Positions 38,720-48,792 of a DNA stretch of 64,000 nucleotides are shown here, one piece after another. Location: positions 1,888,001 through 1,952,000 of the forward strand of contig OZ241875.1 in assembly GCA_965203325.1 (NCBI GenBank), read 5' to 3'. A model generated the notes under the pieces. The model did no database searches, was not told where the DNA came from, and worked only from the letters and a program-made list of their open reading frames with translations. How positions within the stretch are numbered: the stretch's first letter is position 1; every line of letters begins with the position of its first letter. The stretch is from a bacterium (GTDB taxonomy: Bacteria > UBA8248). A program made the translations under genes and the position numbers.

Positions 38720-39867
38720 TCGATCACTCCGACTTCCCGTCCGAGATTTTCGAATGTCTCCGTCCTGGAGATTCCGAGCATCCGGAAGGCGTCACGATAG
38801 AGCGTATGCCCTTCCAGCGTGCTTACCACCAATGCGCGCGTAAACCTGCGACTCACACGGGCTATGGTCGTGTGATAAAAGTTGCCTCCACCGCCGTCCT
38901 TCGAGGGTTTCTGTAATCGCCTGCGTTCTTGTTCCCATGCCGAATTGAAGGAAGCCCGATCCAGCCTGCCTGCGTCCAGAAGCCGGCGCAGCACGACCAA
39001 GGTGCTCACCTTGAAAGTCCTCGCCAGACGCGACAGCGTATCGTCCAACAATTCTTTATCGCGCAGTTCAGCGCGCAAGGCGGACAGGGGAACCAGCAAC
39101 TCGGCGGCCACGGCGTTGCACCATATCTCTTCTCGTCGAAAACCCTGCCGGGGCGTTGTCCCTATGTTCGACAACGCCGAAGCGCCCAGCCACAGATGGG
39201 CCAGTTCATGCGCAAGCGTGAACATCTGAGCCGCCTTGGTATCCGACCCATTGATGAAGATTAGCGGCGCAAGGGGATCGGAAAGCGCAAAGCCACGAAA
39301 TTCGACCGGGTCAAGACGCCGGTGATTGTTATTCATGACAACTCCGCTGATCATCACAAGCACGCCAGTCTTCTCGGCTTGAAGGATGAACATCCTGAGT
39401 GCGTCGGCCCATGTTCGGCACTCTCGTCGAGCGTCGAGATTGAAGCTGAGGATATTCCGCATTCGGGTTGCGACTTCTTCTGGCGGTATTGCAATCGTGG
39501 CGCTGCCGACGAAGCTGCGTTCAGCCTGCCGCGTGATGCGGACGAAATCTCTATACCAACTCTGTCGTTCCTGACAGGCGTAGATCGTATCCAGCAGATT
39601 CGGGCTCGGGCGTCTTACATCCTCCCCGGGAAAGGTGCGGAAGTCGGGGATGGGCACCGCTTCCTCTGGAGGTTTTGTGAGGAACAGGTAACCGACCGGC
39701 ACGTGAACGGCGCGAGCAAAGTCTTCTACTTGTTTCAGAGTGGGTTGTGTCTCGCCGGTTTCCCACTCAGGCAATCTCTTGAACTTGCGAATCAGCTCGT
39801 CTTGCGTCAGCCCGGCGCGTTCTCGCGCCCAGCGCAGAAGCTCTTTACTGATAGCGATGCGGGTCAT
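38716..39867 (-). CDS. XRE-HTH plus ImmA/IrrE-type Zn metallopeptidase
   Basis: LLRWARERAGL..WE.G..QPTLKQ HTH; FTLAHELAH (HExxH); E..CN.VAAELLVP. Confidence 0.9.
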   Translation of the reverse strand: MTRIAISKELLRWARERAGLTQDELIRKFKRLPEWETGETQPTLKQVEDFARAVHVPVGYLFLTKPPEEAVPIPDFRTFPGEDVRRPSPNLLDTIYACQERQSWYRDFVRITRQAERSFVGSATIAIPPEEVATRMRNILSFNLDARRECRTWADALRMFILQAEKTGVLVMISGVVMNNNHRRLDPVEFRGFALSDPLAPLIFINGSDTKAAQMFTLAHELAHLWLGASALSNIGTTPRQGFRREEIWCNAVAAELLVPLSALRAELRDKELLDDTLSRLARTFKVSTLVVLRRLLDAGRLDRASFNSAWEQERRRLQKPSKDGGGGNFYHTTIARVSRRFTRALVVSTLEGHTLYRDAFRMLGISRTETFENLGREVGVIE

Positions 39868-39947
39868 TCGACGTTCTCCACCACTTCCTCGGCATCACGA
39901 AGGCGGATTTCACCCGACACGAGCTTCGGCAGCAACGCATCCCGCAA
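39864..39947 (-). pseudogene. hsdS: C-terminal remnant of type I R-M specificity subunit
   Basis: Reads LRDALLPKLVSGEIRLRDAEEVVENVE*, the canonical HsdS C-terminus; ATGA overlap with the next gene. Confidence 0.8.
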
Positions 39948-39988
39948 AGGTCCCCTCCAATTGCCAATTCTTCCGGGTTCCCGGCGTT

Positions 39989-40093
39989 CGCGTCACGCTC
40001 GTAGTCCGCAAACGCCTTGCCGGTGGTAAACTCCATCAGCAGGTCGGCGGCGTGCTGAATGTCTTACAGGTATTTCCTGGCTTCAAGACGCAT
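39989..40093 (-). pseudogene. DUF86/HepT-like HEPN toxin remnant (premature stop and truncation)
   Basis: Reads MRLEARKYL*DIQHAADLLMEFTTGKAFADYERDA then breaks; overlaps the MNT stop. Confidence 0.7.
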
Positions 40094-40391
40094 AGATGGG
40101 AGTCCTCGTCTTATCTACCGACTGCAGGAAATACGGATTCCTGATGGCCGAGCCGACCACCAAATCAACCTGCTTTCCAAAGAGTTGCTCCAGGGACTCC
40201 AGTAAACCGAAATAGGCGTCCGCATAAGTGGAAAGAGCCTCCGGTTTGAACTCGACCACGAAGTCCAGGTCACTCACGCCCGAATCGTACCGCTCCGTCG
40301 AGGCCGACCCGAACAGGTCGAGCCGCTGTACGCCATAACGAATACAAAGACGCTTCAGATCGTCTGCTCTCTCCTCGACGGCGGGAATCAT
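40083..40391 (-). CDS. Minimal nucleotidyltransferase (MntA-like antitoxin)
   Basis: LFGSAS.......SDLDFVVEF, LE.LFG..VDLV, IRNPYF. Confidence 0.88.
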   Translation of the reverse strand: MIPAVEERADDLKRLCIRYGVQRLDLFGSASTERYDSGVSDLDFVVEFKPEALSTYADAYFGLLESLEQLFGKQVDLVVGSAIRNPYFLQSVDKTRTPIYAS

Positions 40392-40552
40392 CGCCTCTCC
40401 TTTACTCCAAACCCCAGACTCTCAATATTGGCCTCGATGGCCGCATCCATCGCGCCGCGCAGGGTGTCGGCCATCTGCCAAAGTTCGCGCTCACAGCCCG
40501 TCGTGGCTCCGCCCCCGGATTCCTGGTTCTTCTTCAATGCTGTCCGCGCCAT
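40388..40552 (-). pseudogene. hsdM: Internally deleted type I R-M methyltransferase (N- and C-termini fused)
   Basis: 54-aa ORF MARTALKK..ATTGCERELWQMADTLRGAMDAA|IEANIESLGFG: HsdM N-terminus joined to HsdM C-terminus. Confidence 0.75.
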
Positions 40553-40715
40553 GGTTCCTTTATCTCATCTGTCAGGCGTCATCGGTGGATATGTCATTCG
40601 CCGCCGGGCAGTTTACAAATCGAGGCAAAGGTTGTCATCCGGCGAATCCGGTGAGCCGGTTCCGACACCGGAATGACGGGCAAAGGTGCGTTCGGCTTGC
40701 CCTCTCTCGCCCTGA

Positions 40716-40836
40716 AAAGCAACCCCCCCTACCCCCCCTTGTCAGGGGGCAAGAAAGAGCAAAGTCCCCTTAACCCGGCCGGGGCGTATCGCCTTTTTAT
40801 ACCCCCCTGTCAAGGGGGGGTAGGGGGGGTTGCTTT
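40716..40836. repeat. CCCCCCTACCCCCCCTTG(T/A)CAGGGGG inverted-repeat element
   Basis: Terminal inverted repeats; interior similar to 35481-35592. Confidence 0.8.
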
Positions 40837-40883
40837 CAAAGAGGTAGGTCGGGGTTCGGGGCGGCGGGCGACCTGCCGGGTGG

Positions 40884-41303
40884 CTACGGCGCGGCCCAGG
40901 GGTTCACGACGTCGACCTCGAGGCCGTCGAAATCGCGGACGTTCCTCGTCGCAATCGAAAGCGCATGCGCCACCGCCGTACCCGCGATGAGCGCATCCCC
41001 CATATCCAGGACGCGGCCCGCGCGGTGCGCCCGCGCCCTCAGGGCCGCGGCCCGTGCGGCTTCGGGCCGGCCCACCGGCAGCACCCGGTCCGCGTATTCC
41101 GAGACGAACGCGGAGAGTACCGCCCGGATTCCCTCGCGGCGGCGTCCGGGCGGGAGCAGTTCGACGCCGAAGTCCAGTTCGTGCAGGACGACGGTGGAGA
41201 GCCACAGATCCTCAACGTCGGCGAGGAACGCCGTCACCCCCGAATCCGGCGCGTCCTTCGTCAACTCCGAGATGACGTTCGTGTCGAGCAGAAACCCGCT
41301 CAT
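40884..41303 (-). CDS. vapC: VapC PIN-domain toxin
   Basis: FLLDTNVISE, LSTVVLHEL, DALIAGTA, ATRNVRDF. Confidence 0.9.
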   Translation of the reverse strand: MSGFLLDTNVISELTKDAPDSGVTAFLADVEDLWLSTVVLHELDFGVELLPPGRRREGIRAVLSAFVSEYADRVLPVGRPEAARAAALRARAHRAGRVLDMGDALIAGTAVAHALSIATRNVRDFDGLEVDVVNPWAAP

Positions 41304-41584
41304 TCGGCATCGCCGCCCGCGAAGGGAATCTCTCTCCGGGAGCCTCTCGTCCCCGGGATATCCAGGTTCGCGCCGCGCGGCATGTTCTCGACGAGCCACC
41401 GCCCCATGGGCTTGCGGGGCGACTCTTTGGCATACCACTTCGCGGCGGGCACGACCACGAAGGGCCGCCTCGCGCCGATATGCTGCGGCCCCTCCTCCTC
41501 GGCGAGGCGCAACACCTCGGACAGGCGCGCCTTGGCCTCGGCGACGGTCCAGACTCGGCGGGGTTTGGGATGTTGTTCGGTCAT
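41300..41584 (-). CDS. Phd/YefM-like antitoxin
   Basis: WTVAEAKARLSEVLRLA..EGPQ.I; ATGA overlap with vapC. Confidence 0.85.
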   Translation of the reverse strand: MTEQHPKPRRVWTVAEAKARLSEVLRLAEEEGPQHIGARRPFVVVPAAKWYAKESPRKPMGRWLVENMPRGANLDIPGTRGSRREIPFAGGDAE

Positions 41585-41602
41585 GGCTCCCTCAAGCGAA
41601 AA

Positions 41603-41625
41603 ATATAGTCTAATATAGACCATAT
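41603..41625. promoter_or_regulatory. Putative autoregulatory operator of the Phd-VapC module
   Basis: ATATAGTCTA-ATA-TAGACCATAT inverted repeat about 20 bp upstream of the antitoxin ATG. Confidence 0.5.
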
Positions 41626-41668
41626 TGTCGGTCGGTGTCAAGGGGTAGAAAACCACATGCGGGGGATC

Positions 41669-42005
41669 GCATTTCCCCGCATTTGCGGCGAAGTGCTCAT
41701 CACTCCCTCCCGGGGTCCGTACGAAAATTCTTTACGTCTCGTTCGAAACCACCCGCATTTGCCCGCAATTGCCGCCGCGCCGCCCGGGGCGCGAGCGCGT
41801 ATGATGGCGAAGCCGGTCGCTTCGTTCGAAAATATGGAATTTCCGTAAATTTCGATAAAATTAGATAAATTCACGGGGTTTTTCGATAAATTGTCGGGGT
41901 ATTTCCGGGAATTATTTTTTGAGAAATGACGCCGCGGAATCGGAGCGCAGGGGAATCCTGCCACAATCCGCCGGCCCCGCCATGACGGCAAATGCGGGGA
42001 AATGC
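41669..42005. mobile_element. About 340-bp non-coding MITE-like element, copy 1
   Basis: Perfect 18-bp terminal inverted repeat GCATTTCCCCGCATTTGC; inverted homolog at 53750-54149. Confidence 0.7.
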
Positions 42006-42083
42006 GGGGTCGAAACGCGCGGAAAAGCTTGATCCTCTTGCCCCTTAGAGGGCCGAGGCCGTGATTCGCTAAGTATTTGTATT

Positions 42084-43265
42084 TTAGCGCGTTAGCGATT
42101 GCACGACACCATCTTTGCGCAGGCGGGCGATTTCCTCTTCGCTATAGCCCAGCTCTGCGAGAATCTCATCGGTGTGCTCGCCCAGCATCGGCGCAGGCCT
42201 TGAAAAATCAAGCGTTTCGCCCCCGAACGCAACCGGCGGGGCGGGCATGAGACCCGGCCCCGCAGCGGGGTGGTCGACCTCGACGAAGGCTTCCGGGAAG
42301 CGCTCTTTGACCTGCGCCACGTCGTTGATGGCGCTCACCGTAACCCCTTGCGGGATAAGGAGTTCCTCCCATTCGGCGGTCGTCTTTTGGGTGAGGACTT
42401 CCTCCAGGATTTCGCGCAGGGCGGCGTCGTTCGCCACGCGATCCTTGTTCTCACGGAAGCGGGGATCGTCCGCAAGCGCAGGCTTTTCAATGGCTTCGAC
42501 GAAGACGCGGTAGCGGTTCGTGTTCGAGATCGCCACGTACAAGAGGCCGTCCCTGGTCTTATAGCCCGAAAAAGGGGAGACCACCGGATGGGAAAGTCCT
42601 TCCGGTTCAGGCACTTGGCCGGTAAACGTGTGGCGCGCCACCGGGTTTTCCATGATGTTGACTGTCGCGCCCATCATGGAGGCGTCCACGCGGGCGCCCT
42701 CGCCGGTGCGCTCCCGGCGCAGGAGGGCGGTGAGGATTCCCGAGAGCAGGTAGAGGCCGCTCGTCACGTCGACGATCGAGACGCCAACGCGCACGGGCGC
42801 TCCGCCCACAGGCCCCGTCACGCTGATGAGGCCGCCCGCGGCTTGCAAGAGGCTGTCGAAGGCCGGGCGTCGCGCGTGTTCGCCGGTCTGGCCGAAGCCG
42901 GACACCGCGCCGTAAACGAGCCTTGGGTTTTCGGCTTTGAGAGCCTCCCAGCCGACGCCCAGGCGGTCCATGACGCCGGGGAGGAGGTTTTCCACGAGAA
43001 CGTCCGCTCCCCGGCAGAGTTTCCTGAAAACCTCGACGCCATCAGGGTTTTTCAGATCAAGCGCGATGGAGCGCTTGCCCCGGTTCAAGCTCATGAAGTA
43101 GCTGCTCTCGCCGTTCTTGAACGGGCCGATGGCGCGGCTGTCCTCCCCGCCGGGGCGCTCCACCTTGATGACCTCGGCGCCATAGCCCGCCAGATAGAGC
43201 GATACGATGGGGCCGGCGTTGAACTGGCTGGCGTCGATGACCTTCAGACCCTGGAGGAGTGGCAT
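42084..43265 (-). CDS. CaiB/BaiF family III CoA-transferase
   Basis: LQGLKVID, GAEVIKVERP, NRGKRSIALDLK, ADVLVEN, SGFGQTG, APMLGEHT. Confidence 0.93.
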   Translation of the reverse strand: MPLLQGLKVIDASQFNAGPIVSLYLAGYGAEVIKVERPGGEDSRAIGPFKNGESSYFMSLNRGKRSIALDLKNPDGVEVFRKLCRGADVLVENLLPGVMDRLGVGWEALKAENPRLVYGAVSGFGQTGEHARRPAFDSLLQAAGGLISVTGPVGGAPVRVGVSIVDVTSGLYLLSGILTALLRRERTGEGARVDASMMGATVNIMENPVARHTFTGQVPEPEGLSHPVVSPFSGYKTRDGLLYVAISNTNRYRVFVEAIEKPALADDPRFRENKDRVANDAALREILEEVLTQKTTAEWEELLIPQGVTVSAINDVAQVKERFPEAFVEVDHPAAGPGLMPAPPVAFGGETLDFSRPAPMLGEHTDEILAELGYSEEEIARLRKDGVVQSLTR

Positions 43266-43283
43266 CGGATGAGAAAATGCGCT

Positions 43284-44219
43284 CTAGCGGCGTTTTGGGG
43301 TGGTTTTGGAGGCCGTTTTCTTCCGGGTGGCTTTGGAGGTGGAGGTTTTCGCCGCCGTTTTCGTCGTTGCCCTCGCCCCGGCCGCCTTGCCAGCGGCGGT
43401 TTTCTTGGCGGCGGCGCTCCTGTTCGTCGTATTCGCGGCCTTGGCGGTGCTCGTTTTCTTGCTGGCCGCCGTTTTCCGCGTCGCCGCCTCTTTTTTCTTA
43501 ACGGCAGGCGCTTTCGCACTGGCCGCTTTGCTCTTCGCCGATACGGGCTTGCCGGGAGCGGCAGTCGATTTTTTCTTCAACGCGGAGGTTTTTCCCCTCG
43601 TTTGCGTTCGCGTTTTCTGTGCCGCAGCTTTCGGGGGGGCTTTTTTCTGCCGCCGAACCTTTTGTTTTTTCGCGTGTTTCTCATTTGCCACACGCGAAGC
43701 CTCAGCCGCCCGTATTTCTTCTTCGGTGGGCGGGAAAACGGGTTTTCTGCGTCCCGTTATCAAGCGAAAGGCGTACCCCACCTGCGTTTCCCGCCATTCA
43801 TTCTCTCCAAGATCCTGTAACACGAGTTCCACCGGGGAACCGGGAACAAGCAAGTCCCGATAACCTTCCCAACCAATCAAATGGGAATTTATCTTGATCC
43901 CCTCATCCAGGAGTATGACTGCGGAGACATGTTCTGCATTCCCATCCGTGGAAGAACGCGTGATCGTGGCCGAAAGGAGCTTGCCCTTCCCGCTCAAAAG
44001 CACTTCACTCGTGCTGCGCGGACAGACAGGATTATCGCAAGTCGTTTTCGAGCCGGTCTTCGGGAAAAAATATTCCTCGCATTCCCTGCAGACGGACCCG
44101 ATGAGCTTGGGTCTATGACGGGAATTCCTGGGAATCGTAAAAACATCGCGCATAAACGGAACGACAACTTTATTCTTGCCAGGAATGAAAATCGAAGGCT
44201 CATTTTCGGGGAAAATCAT
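43284..44219 (-). CDS. DUF35-like Zn-ribbon/OB-fold protein fused to a long Lys/Ala-rich tail
   Basis: LIGSVCRECEEYFFP..C....C, LSGKGKL, GYAFR; tail of KKTAA-like repeats. Confidence 0.7.
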   Translation of the reverse strand: MIFPENEPSIFIPGKNKVVVPFMRDVFTIPRNSRHRPKLIGSVCRECEEYFFPKTGSKTTCDNPVCPRSTSEVLLSGKGKLLSATITRSSTDGNAEHVSAVILLDEGIKINSHLIGWEGYRDLLVPGSPVELVLQDLGENEWRETQVGYAFRLITGRRKPVFPPTEEEIRAAEASRVANEKHAKKQKVRRQKKAPPKAAAQKTRTQTRGKTSALKKKSTAAPGKPVSAKSKAASAKAPAVKKKEAATRKTAASKKTSTAKAANTTNRSAAAKKTAAGKAAGARATTKTAAKTSTSKATRKKTASKTTPKRR

Positions 44220-44503
44220 ATACTACCCTGCTTTTCAAGTTTCGAAGAACCAAATCTACTTGAACGAAATGTAAACGGCTAGTTAAATCTCATAGGCATT
44301 CCGGGATTAGTGCGCGAACACTACCAAGGGGTCGGGCGGGTGTCAATATGAATTCAAATCGGAGAAATCCTCCAATTCTCCTTACGAGAGATGACCTCCA
44401 TTCATGATACATTGCCTCCCAAGCCAACCTTGATATTGACGACTTGACCATTCAAAACCTGCAATCTTATAGTCGACAATCGTATTCATATAAGGGATGC
44501 GGC

Positions 44504-45946
44504 ATGACTTCTCCAAACGCTCGAAATCTTCCATCCAAGCTGCTTCGACTATTGCCTTCGGTGGATGAAATCGTTACCCACCTCAAAAATGACGGTGTCA
44601 ACGGCTCATCAGACACCGCCCTATCCGATGCCGTCAGAAAAGCAATCGGAATAAAAAGACAGCTTCTGCTCGAGCAAATAAACCAGGAATTCCCGAATAC
44701 TGCGGAAAACGCATCGCTGTGCGAGCAAACGCTTCGGGATATTGTTCTCGATGAAGCAAAACAAATACTTACCTCGAACAAACAACTTGGGCTAAAAAAA
44801 GTCATCAACGCCACAGGAATCGTCCTGCATACAAATCTGGGTCGAGCCCCGTTAAGTGACGCCGCAAGGGCCGCCCTCATAGATGTGGCCCAGGGATATT
44901 CAAATCTGGAATTCGATTTGAACCTCGGGCAGAGAGGGAAAAGAGGGTCCGACGTGGAATCCCTCCTTTGCCAACTGACAGGGGCGGAGGCGGCGCTGGT
45001 CGTCAACAACAACGCTGCCGCCGTGATGTTCGCGATTCATACGATGGCCCATTCCGCCGAAGTGATCGTTTCCAGGGGCGAGTTGGTCGAAATTGGCGGT
45101 TCTTTCCGAATCCCGGATATCATGCGGCAAAGCGGCGCAAAATTGGTAGAAGTAGGAACGACAAATAAAACGAGAATATCCGACTACCGCAACGCCATTA
45201 CCCAAGATACGGCTTTGCTGCTCAAAGCGCATACCAGTAATTACAGGATTGTCGGCTTCACGGAAGAAACATCTCGCGATGAGCTCTCGGAACTCAGCAG
45301 GGAAACAAACATACCCACGCTGGAAGATCTCGGGAGTGGTTCGCTTCTTCATATCGATGGTCTTCCGCATGAACCCACTGCCATTGAATCAATTCAGGCA
45401 GGAATCGATGTCGTTACATTTTCCGGGGACAAGCTTCTCGGTGGCCCGCAGGCCGGCATTGTCGTAGGCAAGGCGACGTGGGTGGGAAAAATGAAAAACC
45501 ACCCGCTCATGCGCATTCTCAGGCTCGACAAGCTTACGCTCGCCGCTTTGGAGGCGACACTCAGGGCATATCTCGATCCTGATGCCGCCCACACTCAGAT
45601 TCCGACACTTCACATGTTGTCCACCAACCGTGAAAAGCTGAAAAAACAGGCCGAATACCTGATGAATCTGATGGGGGAACACACTTGTTCCGTCCTTGGC
45701 GCCAAGGTGGGCGAAACGTCGGGTATGGTAGGCGGTGGGGCCATGCCCCTGGCGGAACTTGAAAGTTACGCCGTGACGTTATCTCCCAAAAACTCCTCCG
45801 CCAAATCATTGGAAACCAAGTTGCGTAATGCGACCCCACCTGTCGTGGCGCGCATTCATGAGGATAAAGTAATACTGGATATGCGGTGTATTCGAGAAGG
45901 TGAAATGGATCAGCTTGGCGTGATTCTCAACGAATTTGCAAAGTAA
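44504..45946 (+). CDS. selA: L-seryl-tRNA(Sec) selenium transferase
   Basis: VINATGIVLHTNLGRAPL, VNNNAAAV, SRGELVEIGGSFRIPD, FSGDKLLGGPQAG. Confidence 0.97.
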   Translation: MTSPNARNLPSKLLRLLPSVDEIVTHLKNDGVNGSSDTALSDAVRKAIGIKRQLLLEQINQEFPNTAENASLCEQTLRDIVLDEAKQILTSNKQLGLKKVINATGIVLHTNLGRAPLSDAARAALIDVAQGYSNLEFDLNLGQRGKRGSDVESLLCQLTGAEAALVVNNNAAAVMFAIHTMAHSAEVIVSRGELVEIGGSFRIPDIMRQSGAKLVEVGTTNKTRISDYRNAITQDTALLLKAHTSNYRIVGFTEETSRDELSELSRETNIPTLEDLGSGSLLHIDGLPHEPTAIESIQAGIDVVTFSGDKLLGGPQAGIVVGKATWVGKMKNHPLMRILRLDKLTLAALEATLRAYLDPDAAHTQIPTLHMLSTNREKLKKQAEYLMNLMGEHTCSVLGAKVGETSGMVGGGAMPLAELESYAVTLSPKNSSAKSLETKLRNATPPVVARIHEDKVILDMRCIREGEMDQLGVILNEFAK

Positions 45947-46006
45947 CCTTATACCTTCCGTACAAGTACTTTTCTCGTTATCACAATAAGAAGGAATAAT
46001 TTTCCG

Positions 46007-46810
46007 ATGCCAACCGTAAATTCCGAAGGTGTTGCAATAGATTATGAAATCATCAATCCCCAGCATACCAATACGCCTGTATTCTTAATCACCGGGCTGG
46101 GGGGTATACGCGGTATATGGGCAAAGCAATTCGACGCCTTTTCTGCTACGAGACCGCTTATCCTTCATGACCATAGAGGAACGGGAAAGAGCGACAAACC
46201 AAGTGGGGTTTATAGCGTCCCCAACATGGCGAAAGATATCATCGCCATCATGAATGATCTTGAAATAGAACAAGCGCATCTCGTCGGCAGTTCAACGGGG
46301 GGAGCCATTATCCAGGTGATGTGTATCGACTATCCCGAGCGTGTCAAAAGCGGGTCTATCGTAAGTTCCTGGCCCAAGAGCGACGCATATTTCACCCGCC
46401 AGTTCAGCGTACGCAAAGAAGTTCTACTTGAAATGGGATGGGAAACCTATACGAGATTTTCCACATTCACCTTGCATAGCCCGAAGTTTTTCGCCGATAA
46501 CTTTCAAGAAATTCAAATGCAGGAAAAACAATCGATCGCAAACGCGCCTCCCGCCGAGATCATGGCTGAGAGAATCGACTGCATTATTGCGCACGATCAG
46601 TTGGACCGCCTGGGTCAAATCACATCTCCGGTGCTGGTGGCCGTTGCAAGAGACGATGTTGTCACTCCGCCGTATTATTCTCATCAATTGAGTGAAGCCA
46701 TTCCTGGAGCCGAATTGAAGATTTTTGATGAAGGCGGCCATTTCGTTTATATCGAGAAACCGGTTGAATTCAATGAGTCCATCCTGGAATTCATCCATCG
46801 CCATGACTGA
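46007..46810 (+). CDS. Alpha/beta hydrolase (PcaD/RutD-like)
   Basis: DHRGTGKS, GSSTGG nucleophile elbow, D and GGHF catalytic residues. Confidence 0.88.
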   Translation: MPTVNSEGVAIDYEIINPQHTNTPVFLITGLGGIRGIWAKQFDAFSATRPLILHDHRGTGKSDKPSGVYSVPNMAKDIIAIMNDLEIEQAHLVGSSTGGAIIQVMCIDYPERVKSGSIVSSWPKSDAYFTRQFSVRKEVLLEMGWETYTRFSTFTLHSPKFFADNFQEIQMQEKQSIANAPPAEIMAERIDCIIAHDQLDRLGQITSPVLVAVARDDVVTPPYYSHQLSEAIPGAELKIFDEGGHFVYIEKPVEFNESILEFIHRHD

Positions 46811-46858
46811 TCGATATTTTCATATTTCGCCTATCAAACACGAAGACGAAATCACCTT

Positions 46859-48769
46859 ATGAAACATGTTGTCATCGGAACCGCCGGCCACATCGATCAC
46901 GGCAAAACCTCTCTCGTCAAAGCATTGACCGGCACAGATACCGATCGCCTCAAAGAGGAAAAAGAACGCGGTATCACGATCGAGCTCGGGTTCGCCGAGT
47001 TGACTCTCGACAATGTCCACGCAGGCATCGTGGACGTTCCGGGCCATGAGCGATTCGTAAAAAACATGCTGGCGGGAGTCGGCGGCATAGACTTGGTCAT
47101 GCTGATCGTTGCTGCCGATGAAGGCATCATGCCGCAAACGAGGGAACACCTGTCCATTTGTCGACTTCTCGGGATTAAAACAGGCCTCATCGTGCTCACC
47201 AAGACAGATCTGGTCGAACCGGAATGGGTCGAACTTGTCACGGACGACATACTAGACTTCGTAAAAGATACATTCCTGGAAGAAAAACCCATCGTGCCGG
47301 TTTCGGCTCACACCGGGGATGGTCTGGAAAATCTCAAAAATGCCGTAAGCGAAATCGCCAATCAGACGCCTGTAAAAAGCGAAACGGGCATATTCCGAAT
47401 ACCGATTGACCGCGTCTTTACGATGCGGGGTTTCGGGGTCGTGATTACAGGAACCTTGTTCAGTGGGAGTGTGGCTGTAGGTGAGCAGGTTGAAGTTTAT
47501 CCCAGGACCCTCCAGGCGCGCGTTCGTGGCCTGCAAGTACATGGGGAGTCCGTGGAAAAATCGACTGCCGGTCTCAGAACCGCCGTGAATCTCCAGGGCC
47601 TCGAGCGGACCGAAGTGTTCAGAGGAGACATTATCGGTCATCGTGGTGAACTGAAGTCGACGTACATGCTCGACGTTCATCTGGAACATCTGGCCGACGC
47701 GCCACGCCCGCTGAAAACCCGCAATCGGATCCGGTTTCATGCAGGGACCGCCGAAATCATGGGCAGGATATCTCTCATCGGACGAGATGTGCTCGAACCG
47801 GGAGAGAGCTCATTTGCGCAAATACGGCTGGAGGAACCTATCGTCGTACTACCCAGAGATCGATTCGTCATCAGGAGTTATTCGCCAATCATCACGATAG
47901 GTGGTGGGGAAATCCTGGATATCATGCCTCGCAAGCATAGAAGATTGCGGAGTTCATCCCTAGCTCATCTGAAATCACTCTATCAAGGAGATGAGACGGA
48001 AAGGCTGCTCATATTGCTCCGGGATGCCCGGTTGAACGGAGTCGAACTCGCTGACCTCACAGGCCGTCTCACATTAAAGCCAAGCGACATCCAGAAATCC
48101 ATTCAGGAATTATCCGCCCAGGGAGAAGTGCAAATTATCGACCAAGCCAATTTCTTCTCCATGACAACGGCGCATTTCAATACAGCCCAGAAAAATATTC
48201 TTTCTTTTTTGAATGAATACCATGCTCAAAACCCTCTTCGCACAGGGGCGCCCAGAGAAGAAGTTCGCGGCAAGGCGGGCGATATGAATGAAAAAATCTT
48301 TGCTGCCGCACTCAGATACTTAAGCGAATCGAACGAAATCGTTGAAAATGGCGCCACCTTAAGACTCGCTTCCCATTCAGTAGAAATTGATGAAACGCTC
48401 GAAGAAGTGAAAGCGAAACTGGAGTCTGTTTTCAAAAATGCCCATTTTCAACCGCCATCCGTCGAAGACGCATTCTCACAAAGTGGCGGCAAAGGCAACT
48501 CAAATCGAAACGCTCTGCAACTCCTCATCGATCAAGGTGTTTTATTGCGGCTGAAAGACAACATTGTCTACCATCGACTCGCTTTGAGCGAAGCAGAAAA
48601 CCTACTTAGAGAGCATCTATCGCAAAACAACGAAATTACGGCGGCGGAATTTCGAGATCTCCTGGGCATTACCAGAAAACACGCCATCCCTTTACTTGAA
48701 TATTTTGATACTGCGCGGATTACCCTACGGGTGGAAGATAAAAGAGTGCTTCGACCAGACGCGAGATAA
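46859..48769 (+). CDS. selB: Selenocysteine-specific elongation factor
   Basis: [36 protein letters not shown]-terminal winged helix ([20 protein letters not shown]). Confidence 0.97.
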   Translation: MKHVVIGTAGHIDHGKTSLVKALTGTDTDRLKEEKERGITIELGFAELTLDNVHAGIVDVPGHERFVKNMLAGVGGIDLVMLIVAADEGIMPQTREHLSICRLLGIKTGLIVLTKTDLVEPEWVELVTDDILDFVKDTFLEEKPIVPVSAHTGDGLENLKNAVSEIANQTPVKSETGIFRIPIDRVFTMRGFGVVITGTLFSGSVAVGEQVEVYPRTLQARVRGLQVHGESVEKSTAGLRTAVNLQGLERTEVFRGDIIGHRGELKSTYMLDVHLEHLADAPRPLKTRNRIRFHAGTAEIMGRISLIGRDVLEPGESSFAQIRLEEPIVVLPRDRFVIRSYSPIITIGGGEILDIMPRKHRRLRSSSLAHLKSLYQGDETERLLILLRDARLNGVELADLTGRLTLKPSDIQKSIQELSAQGEVQIIDQANFFSMTTAHFNTAQKNILSFLNEYHAQNPLRTGAPREEVRGKAGDMNEKIFAAALRYLSESNEIVENGATLRLASHSVEIDETLEEVKAKLESVFKNAHFQPPSVEDAFSQSGGKGNSNRNALQLLIDQGVLLRLKDNIVYHRLALSEAENLLREHLSQNNEITAAEFRDLLGITRKHAIPLLEYFDTARITLRVEDKRVLRPDAR

Positions 48770-48792
48770 AATCCCTTTATAAGGAATGAAAA

